Positions 1 to 11,182 of a DNA stretch of 64,000 nucleotides are shown here, piece after piece. Origin of the DNA: Octopus sinensis (lineage: Eukaryota). The stretch lies in the NCBI RefSeq assembly GCF_006345805.1, contig NC_043008.1:11098001-11162000 (forward strand), in the 5' to 3' direction. Positions within the stretch are counted from its first letter, which is position 1, and each line of letters starts with the position of its first letter. The translations under genes were made by a program, and so were the position numbers. Below the pieces are notes generated by a model. That model saw only the letters and a program-made list of their open reading frames with translations. It was not told where the DNA came from and made no database searches.

Positions 1-394
1 TGTATGTAAATATGTGTGCATGTGAATATGTGTGTGTGTATTGTGTAGATGAGAAGGCAGAGGTGTTTAGTCTCTAGTGCTTATGTAATGGCTAATGACA
101 TTAAGGGAATCCCATATACATCCACCATATTGCTGGTGATAATCTCAAAACGACTGAGACAATAAGCACCACCACCGCCGCCATCGTTCTAATCCTATTC
201 AACATTACTACTGTTCAGTCCATATTTTTACTCACCTATTAGTACACTCTACTGTTTACTGCATCACGGTGGATAGTTAAAAGGTCTCTCAGGTTAATGG
301 CTATAATATTCGGAAAAGTTCATATTTAACAGAGCCTGTTATAGCATCGGACGCTGTAAAATGGGTCCCGTAACTTTTTCATAAACTACACACT

Positions 395-559
395 ATGTAT
401 GTATGTATGTATGTATGTATGTATGTATGTATGTATGTATGTATGTATGTATGTACGTATGTTTGTATGTACGTATGTATGTATGTATGTATGTACGTAT
501 GTATGTATGTATGTATCCATCCCTCTATGTAAGTATATATGTTTGTATGTATGTATATG

Positions 560-633
<74 letters not shown>

Positions 634-634
634 C

Positions 635-665
<31 letters not shown>

Positions 666-824
666 CTTACCTATCTACCTACCTACCTACCTACCTACCT
701 ACCTACCTACCTACCTACCTATCAATCTATCTGTGTGTGTGCGTCTCTGTCAGGCTGTCAATGCATCCATCCATCCATCCATCCATCCATCTATCCATCC
801 ATCCATCCATCCATCCATCCATCC

Positions 825-895
<71 letters not shown>

Positions 896-897
896 AG
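395..897. repeat. Compound tetranucleotide microsatellite (TATG)n-(TATC)n-(TACC)n-(CATC)n-(TATC)n
   Basis: Read directly; it explains ORFs 399..1256, 403..1014 and 539..934. Confidence 0.97.
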
Positions 898-1954
898 CTC
901 ACGTATGCGTCTGTACGCGTGTGTGTGCGTATGAGTGTGTATGTGTGTGCCTTTGTATATGTGTATGTGTATTTTTATCTTCCTGGCGCATCTCATGTTT
1001 ATGCCCTTGGGTGAATCAATACACCAGTTTGTTATTCTATGAACATATTCATGAAATTAATATGCAATTGCAAACAAAGTTTTGCTTATATATGAGAAAC
1101 ATACATTTACATCACCACATCTACACTCATCCTCACAAACCCAATCAGTTTCACCATATCTTACACGTTTCTCTCAATGTTCAATGCACCGTGAAGTTAT
1201 CATTACATATTCTATGTTGTCCTACTCGAAATAAATTTTCCTTGTTTCCTGATTAGTAAATTTCTCAGCAATCAAGATACAGCTCGAGGGAAACCAGTCC
1301 TTTAATTGCGAATTATCAACAGAAAATATCACAAATGATTGATCAGTATTCTTTTAAAATCTCTCCTATATTTTAAATTGTTCTTCTCCAAGTATCTTAA
1401 GTATATTGACTTCAATCATTGTCTGTATTTATTTATTTGGTCTTTCATTTTTTGTGATTATTAATAACATTTACAATTATATCCGATACGTTATACAATA
1501 AAATAAACCGAAAAATCGCCAAAATATTGAACATGTAAATACGTAAAATATTAAAAGCATAGAAGAAACGGGGAAAAGAAACAGTAGAAAAATTCTTTTT
1601 CTAATTGTAATTGGTAATAAGCGGCTTTATATATCAAAGATTCGTTTGATGTAAAATGAAGATTGTTCTGTACAAGAAATAAAAGATTAAGAATAATTCA
1701 AAAATGATATAATTTTGAGTTTATAAAAGGCTGAAAATCTCTTATTAAAAAATTCTGCATTAATGAACTGGTGAACAAAGAATGATGTAAGTTTTAGTTC
1801 AGCTCAACACATTGGAAACTTAGCTGTGTGCTATTTCTTTCTAAATATTTTTACCATATCAAATGCAATACGATTTTGGTAAATTATTGAGTAGTATGCA
1901 ATAACGTTTGCTAATTGATTTGCCCTATTTTTTTGAGAAAATGCATGATTGTTA

Positions 1955-2145
1955 TTGAATACTGACGGTAGCATGGACAAAATGTCTAATGAAGAAGCGA
2001 TGACCTGGGCCGCGGTAAATAGGAAACTGCTTCGTGAGACAAGGACCAAGCAACTGACATTTCTTGGTCATGTGATGAATTGGAGAATTTAATGATGACT
2101 GGAAAGATTGAAGAGAAAAGAAACAGAAGAAGGGGAAGAATGATA
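1955..2145 (+). mobile_element. RTE-clade LINE fragment (C-terminal end of RT), decayed
   Basis: Translates as DKMSNEEAMTWAAVNRKLLRETRTKQLTFLGHVM..LENLMMTGKIEEKRNRRR, matching the RTE-type C-terminal pattern TNEEV..QL.FLGHVMR..LE.L..G.IEGKR.RGR. Confidence 0.8.
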
Positions 2146-2658
2146 TGAATGTCAATCTTAGGAGAAAGGAGCTTTCTTTGTCCTAATCGGAAATTGGAAG
2201 GGGTAGATTGGTTAGTTTCGTTGAGTAATTAGGGTGGGTTGATTATTATTTAGGTGCGGGCTTCCTAGTTTATAGTACTATTGATGTATTCATTGATTTC
2301 ATATGGAAATAAACTGTAAGATTCCCGGTTATATACTTACAAAAAGTTAAGTCTTGTCTCGCATGAGGGAGATTCGAACGTCTTCTCATCAAATCATTAA
2401 AGTAAAAAAAGAAAAATCTGTAAATTGCCCGTCTGGTTTCAGACAATATGTTACCATTGTTCGTCTTTGTCATTAAATAGATTTTCATTACTATAAGTCA
2501 TTAGCGATATATAAAATGTAATTATTCAGTTATTATTAGTCGGTAGAAGTTCTACCCCAAATATCACCGATTACTATCATTAACAGAACATTTTGAATCC
2601 GCAATTACGTGTAGTAATTATTCTCTTCGTCTTCTGCATAAACTTCTTTTTAAATTAC

Positions 2659-2793
2659 ATCATTGCATCTGTTGTTATTGTTTCAAATGCTAAATCTGTG
2701 ATTATTTCCTTCTGGCTATTGTTGTCAGAAACAGCAACAATGCAGCTCGCAATAATTAATACTGGTAATAGATTTAAACGCATGAGACAAATA
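2659..2793 (-). CDS. Candidate coding exon, signal-peptide/TM-like (MRLNLLPVLIIASCIVAVSDNNSQKEIITDLAFETITTDAM), product unknown
   Basis: Minus strand: acceptor ctattctataag|, ATG at 2783, hydrophobic stretch, donor gcaatgat|gtaatt (phase 2). No family recognised. Confidence 0.35.
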
Positions 2794-3134
2794 CTTATAG
2801 AATAGAGCTTTATTATTTGATGAGATTGCTCAATTTATAGATCTGTCTCTTTACAGAGAACCTAATTTATCTAAAATTATTGTATACAATGTATTTTGTA
2901 AAAATATTTTTAAAAATCACAAAATAAAAAAAAATGTTGTATCTGAGGAATTTTTATTTACATAATTGCTACTCCACCAGACTAAACTATTAATTTTACA
3001 TTATGATTTCGTATCTCACTGGTATTGACTTTGACTTTGTGTTTCACACATGACGTGCCGAGAAAATAAGTTTAAGTTACATATAAGTGCAAATTTAACT
3101 CTCTATCTCTTATCCATTCTAGGTCAAGTAAATC

Positions 3135-3169
<35 letters not shown>

Positions 3170-3177
<8 letters not shown>

Positions 3178-3730
3178 ATGAGGGTGTCTAAAAGACACCA
3201 ACATGCCGAAATAGCAGTCGAAACACTGACTATAGTACCACGTTAAATGTTCATATCGCACCATGAGGTAAAGCGGAGGGACAAAACATACAAGCAAAAA
3301 TTATTGAATAATTCAAGATCCAAGGATTTCTGGTTCTGCTTTAGATAAGCTTTACCGTCATCAATTGAATATATCAAGGGTACATAAATACAGATATATA
3401 TATGCACAACAAACGATATACTTACATACACGAGCGCCGCACATACACACATATGCACGTATGGACACAGCCAGTTTGAATCGCCCGCCAAATCACCGCA
3501 TAAGTACGATATGGTTAAAATAAGCACCGCAGTGAATATAATAACGAATTATATAAATTTATATATGAGGATAATATCGATATTTAAGTTTCGAAATTAT
3601 CAAGTGGCCAGCATGAAAGAAATACCTTACAAAAGTAAAAAAACTTTTAACAATTAAAAATGAGGGTGTCTAAAAGACACCAACATGCCGAAATAGCAGT
3701 CGAAACACTGACTATAGTACCACGTTAAAT
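3170..3730. repeat. Identical 79-bp direct repeats (3170-3248, 3652-3730) 482 bp apart; probable Penelope-like terminal-repeat remnant
   Basis: aattaaaaatgagggtgtctaaaagacacc...ccacgttaaat occurs twice; the second copy abuts the hammerhead-bearing repeat. The Penelope assignment is inference. Confidence 0.75.
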
Positions 3731-3882
3731 ACTGTCAACATAACGTGACAGTCCCGTAAAGAGAATTACACTACCGCTATTTAGCCCTAGGAAGCATCGA
3801 CGCTTTCTGTCGGCTATGACACATTTTCTGTGTCCTTATATTTGCGAAGGGGAGGCAAGCACCCCACCAGCTAGAGCTAGCA

Positions 3883-3928
3883 CCTAGAGACATGCATGTT
3901 TCTGGGTCTTACCCGTCATCAGTCCAGG
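3883..3928 (-). ncRNA. Minimal type I hammerhead ribozyme (copy 1)
   Basis: RNA CCUGGA-CUGAUGA-C-GGGU(AAG)ACCC-A-GAAA-CAUGCAUG-UC/UCUAGG. Stem I 6 bp, stem II 4 bp, palindromic stem III ACAUGCAUGU, GUC site; predicted cut between 3889 and 3888. Confidence 0.85.
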
Positions 3929-4234
3929 ATAGTGAGACCTGCTAGTTGAGATGCCTGTCTAGCCTTCGCAAATATATATATTTACAGTGAAATCTATTCA
4001 CTGGTCACCGTAATTAGAAATACTGAATTTCTAAATGTCTCAGAGAGACATGAGAGGTGGTGGGGCGATAGAGTGGTTGTATATTGTCAACATAACGTGA
4101 CAGTCCCGTATGGGAATTACACCACCGCTGTTTAGCCCTAGGAAGCATCGAAGCTTTCTGTCGGCTATGACACATTTTCGGTGTCCTTATATTTGCGAAG
4201 GGGAGGCAAGCATCCCCACCAGCTAGGGCTAGCA

Positions 4235-4283
4235 CCTAGAGACATGCATGTTTCTGAGTATATTGCTCGTCATCAGTCTAAGG
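4235..4283 (-). ncRNA. Minimal type I hammerhead ribozyme (copy 2)
   Basis: RNA CCUUAGA-CUGAUGA-C-GAG(CAAUAUA)CUC-A-GAAA-CAUGCAUG-UC/UCUAGG; predicted cut between 4241 and 4240. Confidence 0.85.
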
Positions 4284-4352
4284 TATTCAGTCCTGCTAGT
4301 TGGACAATACAGATTGAAACGTGATGTTAGTTTTGATAATATTATGCAAAGT

Positions 4353-4563
4353 TACGATGGGCTGCTAAAAAGTTTCTGGCTTTAAGGGTATCACGGAAGG
4401 CCTTGTTGGGAGCCCAACATCCTGCATTCTCTTACAGGGCTTAGAAAAACTGCAATTAATGTGGGAACCTGTAGGGGCATATATCAAATAAAGTCACGAT
4501 TAACTGATCTTAGTGCTGTTTTCTTTTACCCACAGCCAGGAACTTTTCATCCTCACCCTTGTA
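4353..4563 (+). mobile_element. Mariner-derived MITE (internally deleted)
   Basis: TA-flanked imperfect TIRs ta-cgatgggctgctaaaaagtttctggct / agccaggaacttttcatcctcacccttg-ta; the interior resembles a decayed mariner C-terminus. Confidence 0.7.
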
Positions 4564-5024
4564 GATCTTATTGATATTTGGTACCAAATCATCCAGATCG
4601 ATAATGCAGATTAAATGCGTTCTAGCTAGGATAATACTGTCTTGTCTTCACAATGTGTACATATGCAAATCATTTACACGTACACACACACACACATACG
4701 ATCGTCAGTGGACCATATATCCCCAAAAGAAGCATACTCAAAAGGATAGAGCAGTGAAGTTTTTATACGAAATTAAATATATGTCCGGTCATAGACTGTC
4801 AATGGTTTGGCATCTGTAAAGCGTCTACCTTTACAGATGACTACCCAAACTCCCGTGGCCGCAGGCATATAACCGCTCCTCAAACTGGAGATTGGAAACT
4901 CTTATGGTGAGTTACTTCGTAAACAAAATAATGTTGTATACTGTCCGTTCGTCCTGTAGGCCCATAAGATTTTCCTGACTGAAACGGTCTAAGCGCGATA
5001 ACCCAACCCTGGCAGAATCAGCGA

Positions 5025-5084
5025 CAGCAACAAGAACAAGAACAAGAACAAGAACAAGAACAAGAACAAGAACAACAACAACAA

Positions 5085-5127
<43 letters not shown>

Positions 5128-5148
5128 AATAATAATAATAATAATAAT
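5025..5148. repeat. (CAAGAA)n-(CAA)n-(AAT)n microsatellite
   Basis: Read directly. Confidence 0.95.
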
Positions 5149-5270
5149 GGTCCTTTATAAAGGCACAAGACCAGAAATTTGGTATGAGGGGATTAGTCGA
5201 GTACATCGAACCCATTGTGTCACAGGAACTTAAATTATCGACCCCAAACAATTCTCTCAGCAATAATAAT

Positions 5271-5668
5271 TATCCTTTCTACTGGAAGCACAAGGCCTCA
5301 TTTTTGGGGAAGGGATTAGGTCAATTACATCGACCCCAGTGCGTAATTGATACTTTCTGCATCGACCACGAAAGGATGAAAGACAAAGTCGACCTCGGCG
5401 GAATTTGAACTCAGAAAGTAGCAGCAGACGAAATACCTATTTCTTTACTACCCACAAGGAGCTAAATACAGAGAGGACAAACAAGGATAGACAAACGGAT
5501 TAAGTCGATTATATCGATCCCGGTGCGTAACTGGTACTTATTTAATCGACCCCGAAAGGATGAAAGGCAAAGTCGACCTCGGCGGAATTTGAACTCAGAA
5601 CGTAACTGCAGACGAAATACGGCTACGCATTTCGCCCGGCGTGCTAACGATTCTACCAGCTCACCACC

Positions 5669-5670
<2 letters not shown>
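5271..5670 (-). mobile_element. tRNA-derived SINE, family A (head ggcggcgagctggcagaaacgttag), dimeric
   Basis: Central domain gtcgactttgcctttcatcctttcggggtcgataaa present twice; tRNA-like head with gagttcaaattcc B-box. Confidence 0.9.
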
Positions 5671-5765
<95 letters not shown>

Positions 5766-5770
5766 AAGAA
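5670..5770. repeat. (AAT)n-(GAA)n microsatellite
   Basis: Read directly. Confidence 0.95.
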
Positions 5771-7064
5771 CTAGTTGAATTGTTAGAAGAGAACATCTGT
5801 CAGAAACTACATTGATATCAACAATTGCATATGTATATACATGTGTATGTGTGTGTGTGTGCGTGAAAGAAAGAGAGTGTGTGTGTCTTTGTGCGTGTGT
5901 GAATGTCTCTGTGTGCGTGTGTGCACGTTTTCAAGTAGATGGATGCAGAAACACGTGTGCTACCAACAGACATTTATACGCGTAGAAAAGCACAAGCAGA
6001 TTGCTGCATACATATGTTGCGCTGTACCAGAAAAAAAGGCCTAAACGTACAAGTTAAAGGTCTCCAAATACATACTACGTACAACATAAATACAGATGAA
6101 ATTTCACACTCAGATGCATTTTGTTTCAACAATTTGTACCAACACTATGAATATACAATTGCGTATAATCTCACGCTTTTCCTCAAATGTAATTTGATTA
6201 AAAGTTCCATGATTCTCTTTGTCCTTGCGCATGTCAAGTTTTATTTGTCAGACAGTTTCCATTCATATGCATTCATTTGTTATAATTGATTTACGAATAT
6301 CCAACAGAACGGAATATCATACTGGAACCGTTATTATTGTCACACAATTATTGTCAGTCTTCGAAACCCAAGGGATGTTCTTTAAGTTTCTCAAAGCCAA
6401 ACAATATTCATTGGCAAATTCTAGATTACCATATACAAGCATGCATACATACATACATTCATTCGTTCATACATATAACCTTATACGAAACCAATCAAAG
6501 ATATGTGTGTGTGTGTGTATGTGTATGTGTGCCTCGCTGTGTGTGTATGTTTATGAATGTTTATGCGTGTGTATATAATCCAGTCTATAACATTTGTTAT
6601 ATTGATTCACACTTGCGAATTCAATTGTTATTCGTAGATTCTCTTCAACGCAACATACTTCGCTGGCTTGTCATCGAAAATAACTCCGTAAGGATTTGTT
6701 AACAGAGACAAGAACGAAACATTACATAAAACACGGCAGAATAATACGGCGTATTGAATGATTAAATGGCCGATGTTGGCAGCATGCTTTCATCGAATTC
6801 CCTTATAAACAGGTTTATAGTTGTTAGCATGATGCGTATATGCTTATCGTTCCCATCACCAAATATGCAATTGGCATCTCATCTTCAAGTGATCTACAAT
6901 ATTGAATTTACAAATCGGTAATGTGTTTCAACTTATATGCGTATGTGTTAAACCTTTCTCATAGTACACTATGCATGGTGCACATACTGGACAGTTGTGA
7001 GTGCAATAATCCATTAGTCAATTGGTGTAGTACACTGGTCATTGTCTTTATGTTGTGCATTTAG

Positions 7065-7177
7065 GAGAAAAAGCAATCTTACAGAGCATGACAACGTCCA
7101 GTTAAATCTCCAGGGAAACCCAATAGAAAACATGAGTAACATTCTACAATTACGAATTTTCCGTCTTGTTACAGATG
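7065..7177 (+). CDS. Candidate exon RKSNLTEHDNVQLNLQGNPIENMSNILQLRIFRLVTD, weakly LRR-like
   Basis: Acceptor ctttatgttgtgcatttag|, donor atg|gtaatt, open frame (phase 2 to 1), LxLxGNxI motif. Phase-compatible with a 50-nt candidate exon at 6638-6687. Confidence 0.3.
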
Positions 7178-10100
7178 GTAATTTTGTGTTGTTTTTCTCT
7201 ATTTGCACTTTGCTGCACGGGTTATTTCAGCGTTTTATATACTGGCAATAAAACAACAGAAAACTGGCAAGAGGATAAGAATGGTCACATATTTGGCCAG
7301 AAGTTTGACAACCTATCAAATACCAGGCAATGACACTATTAAGAGCGACAACCTATTAACGGTATTGTTGTGATGCTGAAAATGGATTTTCCTTACTTTG
7401 AGACAGAATTTTGTTTATGCAATGGCGTAAAGTAAAGCGTCAAGCAGACAGAATCATTAGAGCGTTCGACAAATGGTTAACGGCATTTCTACCGGCTCTT
7501 TATACATTCTGAGTTCAAATCCCGCTGAGGTCAAATTTGTCTTTCACACCTTAGCTAAAATAAGGTACCACTCATGTGGCCCCTTCTCTCAAAATTGCTT
7601 GCTTTGAAATCTTCAGTCGATTGGTGTTTCGTTCAAGCGAATGTTGTAATCACAGTCTGTTATATGCCATGGAAACCGGGTAATCCGTTTTATGAGGCTT
7701 AGTGTTTGAAAAAACATAGGTCGGCTTAAAATAGGAAATCCAATTCCTTTTCTACTTTCTCTATAAATTAGTATTGGTATATTATCAATGCTGTAAAATG
7801 TGATTTAGGCGCCATTTTTGTACTCTGTTCGTCTTGTATCGTATAAATCAGTAACAACATTGCAGATATAAATTTTACCTGTTAATATATGCATCGGAAT
7901 GAATCTGGTCTAGATATCTCTTACACATATTGGTTTTTGTTTTTTATTTGGAATAGCTCTAAGGCCAAAATAATACGGCCAATCAATAAAATATATCCTA
8001 ATCCTGAATATGACTGTAAATTCTGTATTTATAGTGGAGCAATGTATGTTTTCTATTTGCCTTAAATGTTACTGAGAAAGCGTTAAGAACGAGAAGGGAA
8101 CAATTTAAAAGCAATTATCAATTTAAATGATTCCTCGTTGGAGAAATCCTAGAAACTTTTATGAACGATACAAAAGTTTGAAGAACTTAACATAGATTTA
8201 AATCCACTTCGAATACAGATTGCACATAAAACTATGCTGATGAGAAATACATATCGAAGAGTATTAAGAGGGAACTCTACACATAAGTGGCATACACATA
8301 CATAGAATATATAATTGTAATTTCTATTTTGCTTCAAGCTTGATACTGAACGTAACTAGTTTATAATTGTCTTGATGCATAAAAATGAGCAACAACTCAG
8401 CAATAAGATGAAGAACTGAATGACGTATATAACATCTATTTATTAAATAATCATTCTTTAAGACTTATTTGTATTTCAAAGAATATAGAAATATGGGATC
8501 AAATCCGCGTCGAACATTAATTTGACGATTCAAGGAAAAAAGCATTTCGATCTTTTAGAAAAATCATTTTAACACCTCTTCATTCTAAACACTTTGACTG
8601 ATGCTAGGTTGTGTAAACGTGACCGTTATAATCTTGAAAGTGCATACATAACGCTAGTGTAATGCAATTAATAACAACTTATTTGTAGAATAACTCAAGT
8701 ATAATTTGCATTATAACGCGTTGGAAGGAAATGAAGACACTGAATATCTCGACGTCAAGAAAATCAACATTATCAACAATACCGTATCATGAAGCCATTA
8801 TCCAATGAAATTGCTGAGTGACAGTAACTTAAGATTGTAGACAGACTGCGTTGCAGTACTTCCTTTCAGTAATGTTATTTCATACGCTTTATCAAAGTTG
8901 GATCGTTTCTCTTTGCATTGCTATGAAGAGGATAATGTAAATAACTGCCATTGAAGTCATAGGGTCATTCGATATGCAATAGCAAACAAAATCTCATGTG
9001 ACGATCTTAAGAAATACAATAAACAAGACATAATAGATTATTTTTGAGATAAAATCCCGGATTAAATAGGGTGGTAATAGCTAGAATGCTTTTAATCAGA
9101 GATTTCTTTCAACAAAGCCTACTTGGGACTATATAACTCACCCACACCATCCTTTTGAATGCAACGCTCTCACCTGTACATTTTTCTTTGGTTCTTATGT
9201 TTAGATGAGAAATCTATTTTTATTGTTAGTGTTGACCGGTTTTAAATCAACTCTGGTCGAACTAAGTTGTGGTCAAATCCGCTACTGCTAAGGTTATGTC
9301 GGATTAGATTATCTGTAGTATACATTTATCTGTTTCTAATTGTTGGTAGACTGAGTGAGTGAGATTTGGGGAATGGTATTTCTCGCTCGAAATGCTCCCA
9401 CATAGGGGAACCCCAGATAGCTCTTGAGAAACCATTAAGTTGAATTATATGTTTCTGATACAAAATCCATACAATAGAGAAAAAATTTTGATTTTAGAAC
9501 AGAGACGTATACTATGTTTTGGCCCCTAGAAATTATACTGTCTGATACTTATTGAAAAAAACAGCACAGTAGTGAAGTTCTTTATTCCTATGAATATATT
9601 CATAGTATATATTCATAGACTCATGCACACATATGTATATATTATCTTTAGTTCTGTTGGTTACCCATAACACACTTCCCAAGGAGACATATTCAAAGGG
9701 AGGAATGGTTTTAGTCAGTGGCATCCCGGCCAGATCCCAGGCGGGTAAGGGGTACACGGTAACCCGTTTCCGGCTCCACATGGATACAGCCTAGACATAA
9801 CTGTTAAAGAGAAATCACAGGCTGATTCTTCTCCATTAACCAGTAACTCCGCAACGGTGAACAAAGCAGGAAAAGAACCTCTCGTGTTTTTCTGCTGGCG
9901 TCTACCAGCATATTTTGAAGGATTTATGCTGGCGGATGAGGGAAATGCCAGACTGACTGGCTATGAAGATAGGATTCAAATATATTTTAGAATCTGCGGC
10001 TGTCCATTCCACTTTCATTTGTAGATCCTGCATATCTTCATTCTTCATGTGCTGCAGAGGAAGTTCTGGAAATCAAAAAGCGTGGGTCATCTGGCAAGTC

Positions 10101-10964
10101 GTGACCCACATCATTCAAATCCACGGCATCGACTTTCTTCCGTTATACGACTTTGAATTTCCTGTTTCTAATGCTCGCCTTACTTTTCTGCACCTTATAT
10201 CTATGCTTAAACCAAGTTTCATAACATCATAAAAACTTTTATCTCCATGCGTGTTGAATGATCAATGTTTAAATAGAACATCGACAATTCTCCTTGATAC
10301 GAAATGATGTAAGGCGGGCGAGATGAGTTAAATCTATTTTAAGGTTAGCGTGGTTAATACAGGACTAGCTTCATGTTTAATCTACAAACTCAATAAATCA
10401 ATAAAAAAAATTATTCAATTTAAATTTAGTACATACTACATTCTTCAGCTGTACACTCCATATTTTGTGAAAAGATATGCAAACTTTAAAATATATTTAC
10501 TTTCATTCATCCACATCATTTCGTAATTCAGGATACACAATATTTCAAAATAGTTAAAGAGAAAGAAGTCATGTTTCTCCATTTACAGTTTAACTTGCCG
10601 TTGGTCTGATAGTAGCAAATTATGTATATATATATAGGGAGAGAGAAGGATAAGTTTTTTAACTGCTCTTCTTCCTGTCTCTATGTCTCTCTATATGTAC
10701 ATAATTTGTATATACACATGCATATATGCGTATGCATGTTTGTATCTATATTCAGAGGTGTATAAGATGATAGCATAATAGTATAGACTGCGTCACTTTA
10801 TGTCCCATTGCTTCAGGCTCGAATAGTATAGGGAATAAATTAACCACCTTACTGACGAAGTATGTATTGGGATCTGTATGATGAACTAAGGTGAAAGTGT
10901 TCTTTCATTATGGTAGCGGTTTTATGACTGAAAACAATTTTATCATCACCTTAACTACTTGTTG

Positions 10965-11182
10965 TTTGTTTCTTCTCGAGCCACGCCTGGCTCATAAGGG
11001 CCAGTTTCCCGGTTTCCTTGACGTATAGGTTCTCCACCTGGACGGGACGCAGAAGTTCGCCATTACCTTCTGCCGGATCCGCGCGGAGCTTATGTATTTC
11101 GCTCATAAATATACACATCACTCGGTCTGAGATTCGAACCCGCGATCCCTCGACCACGAGTCCACTGCTCTGACCACCAGGC
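10965..11182 (-). mobile_element. tRNA-derived SINE, family C (RTE-like 3' tail)
   Basis: Minus-strand head tggcctggtggtcagagc...ggttcgaatctc (A/B boxes); tail gaaaccgggaaactggcccttatgagcc...aaacaaacaac. Confidence 0.8.

Larger units (their letters stand above)
3733..4302 (-). mobile_element. Tandem 352-bp repeat (about 1.6 copies), each copy with a type I hammerhead; retrozyme-like or Penelope pLTR-like
   Basis: tgtcaacataacgtgacagtcccgta... starts at 3733 and 4085; similarity runs through the hammerheads to cctgctagttg. Confidence 0.8.

Noticed and set aside
399-1256. 285-aa and overlapping ORFs (MYVC/LSIY/PSIH repeats)
   Set aside because: Translations of tetranucleotide microsatellites. 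The same applies to ORFs at 16645-17866, 19964-21474, 28256-29947, 40071-40626, 49941-50242, 52121-52518 and 57719-58031.
1269-1343. Plus-strand IKIQLEGNQSFNCEL resembling an LRR C-terminal cap
   Set aside because: In-frame stop before any donor, no second Cys, and it overlaps an equally weak minus-strand candidate.
4014-4235. 73-aa minus-strand ORF lying within the 352-nt hammerhead unit
   Set aside because: GTG start, no recognisable motif, and a length expected by chance; it overlaps hairpins that are better explained by RNA structure.
8238-8262. ctgatgag...cgaag hammerhead-like string
   Set aside because: GAAG instead of GAAA, a 2-bp stem II, and no stem I or III.
11100-11182. tRNA-like sequences here and at 44326, 58618, 60280 and 63945
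   Set aside because: They have A/B boxes but no complete cloverleaf and run into SINE bodies, so they are SINE heads rather than tRNA genes.
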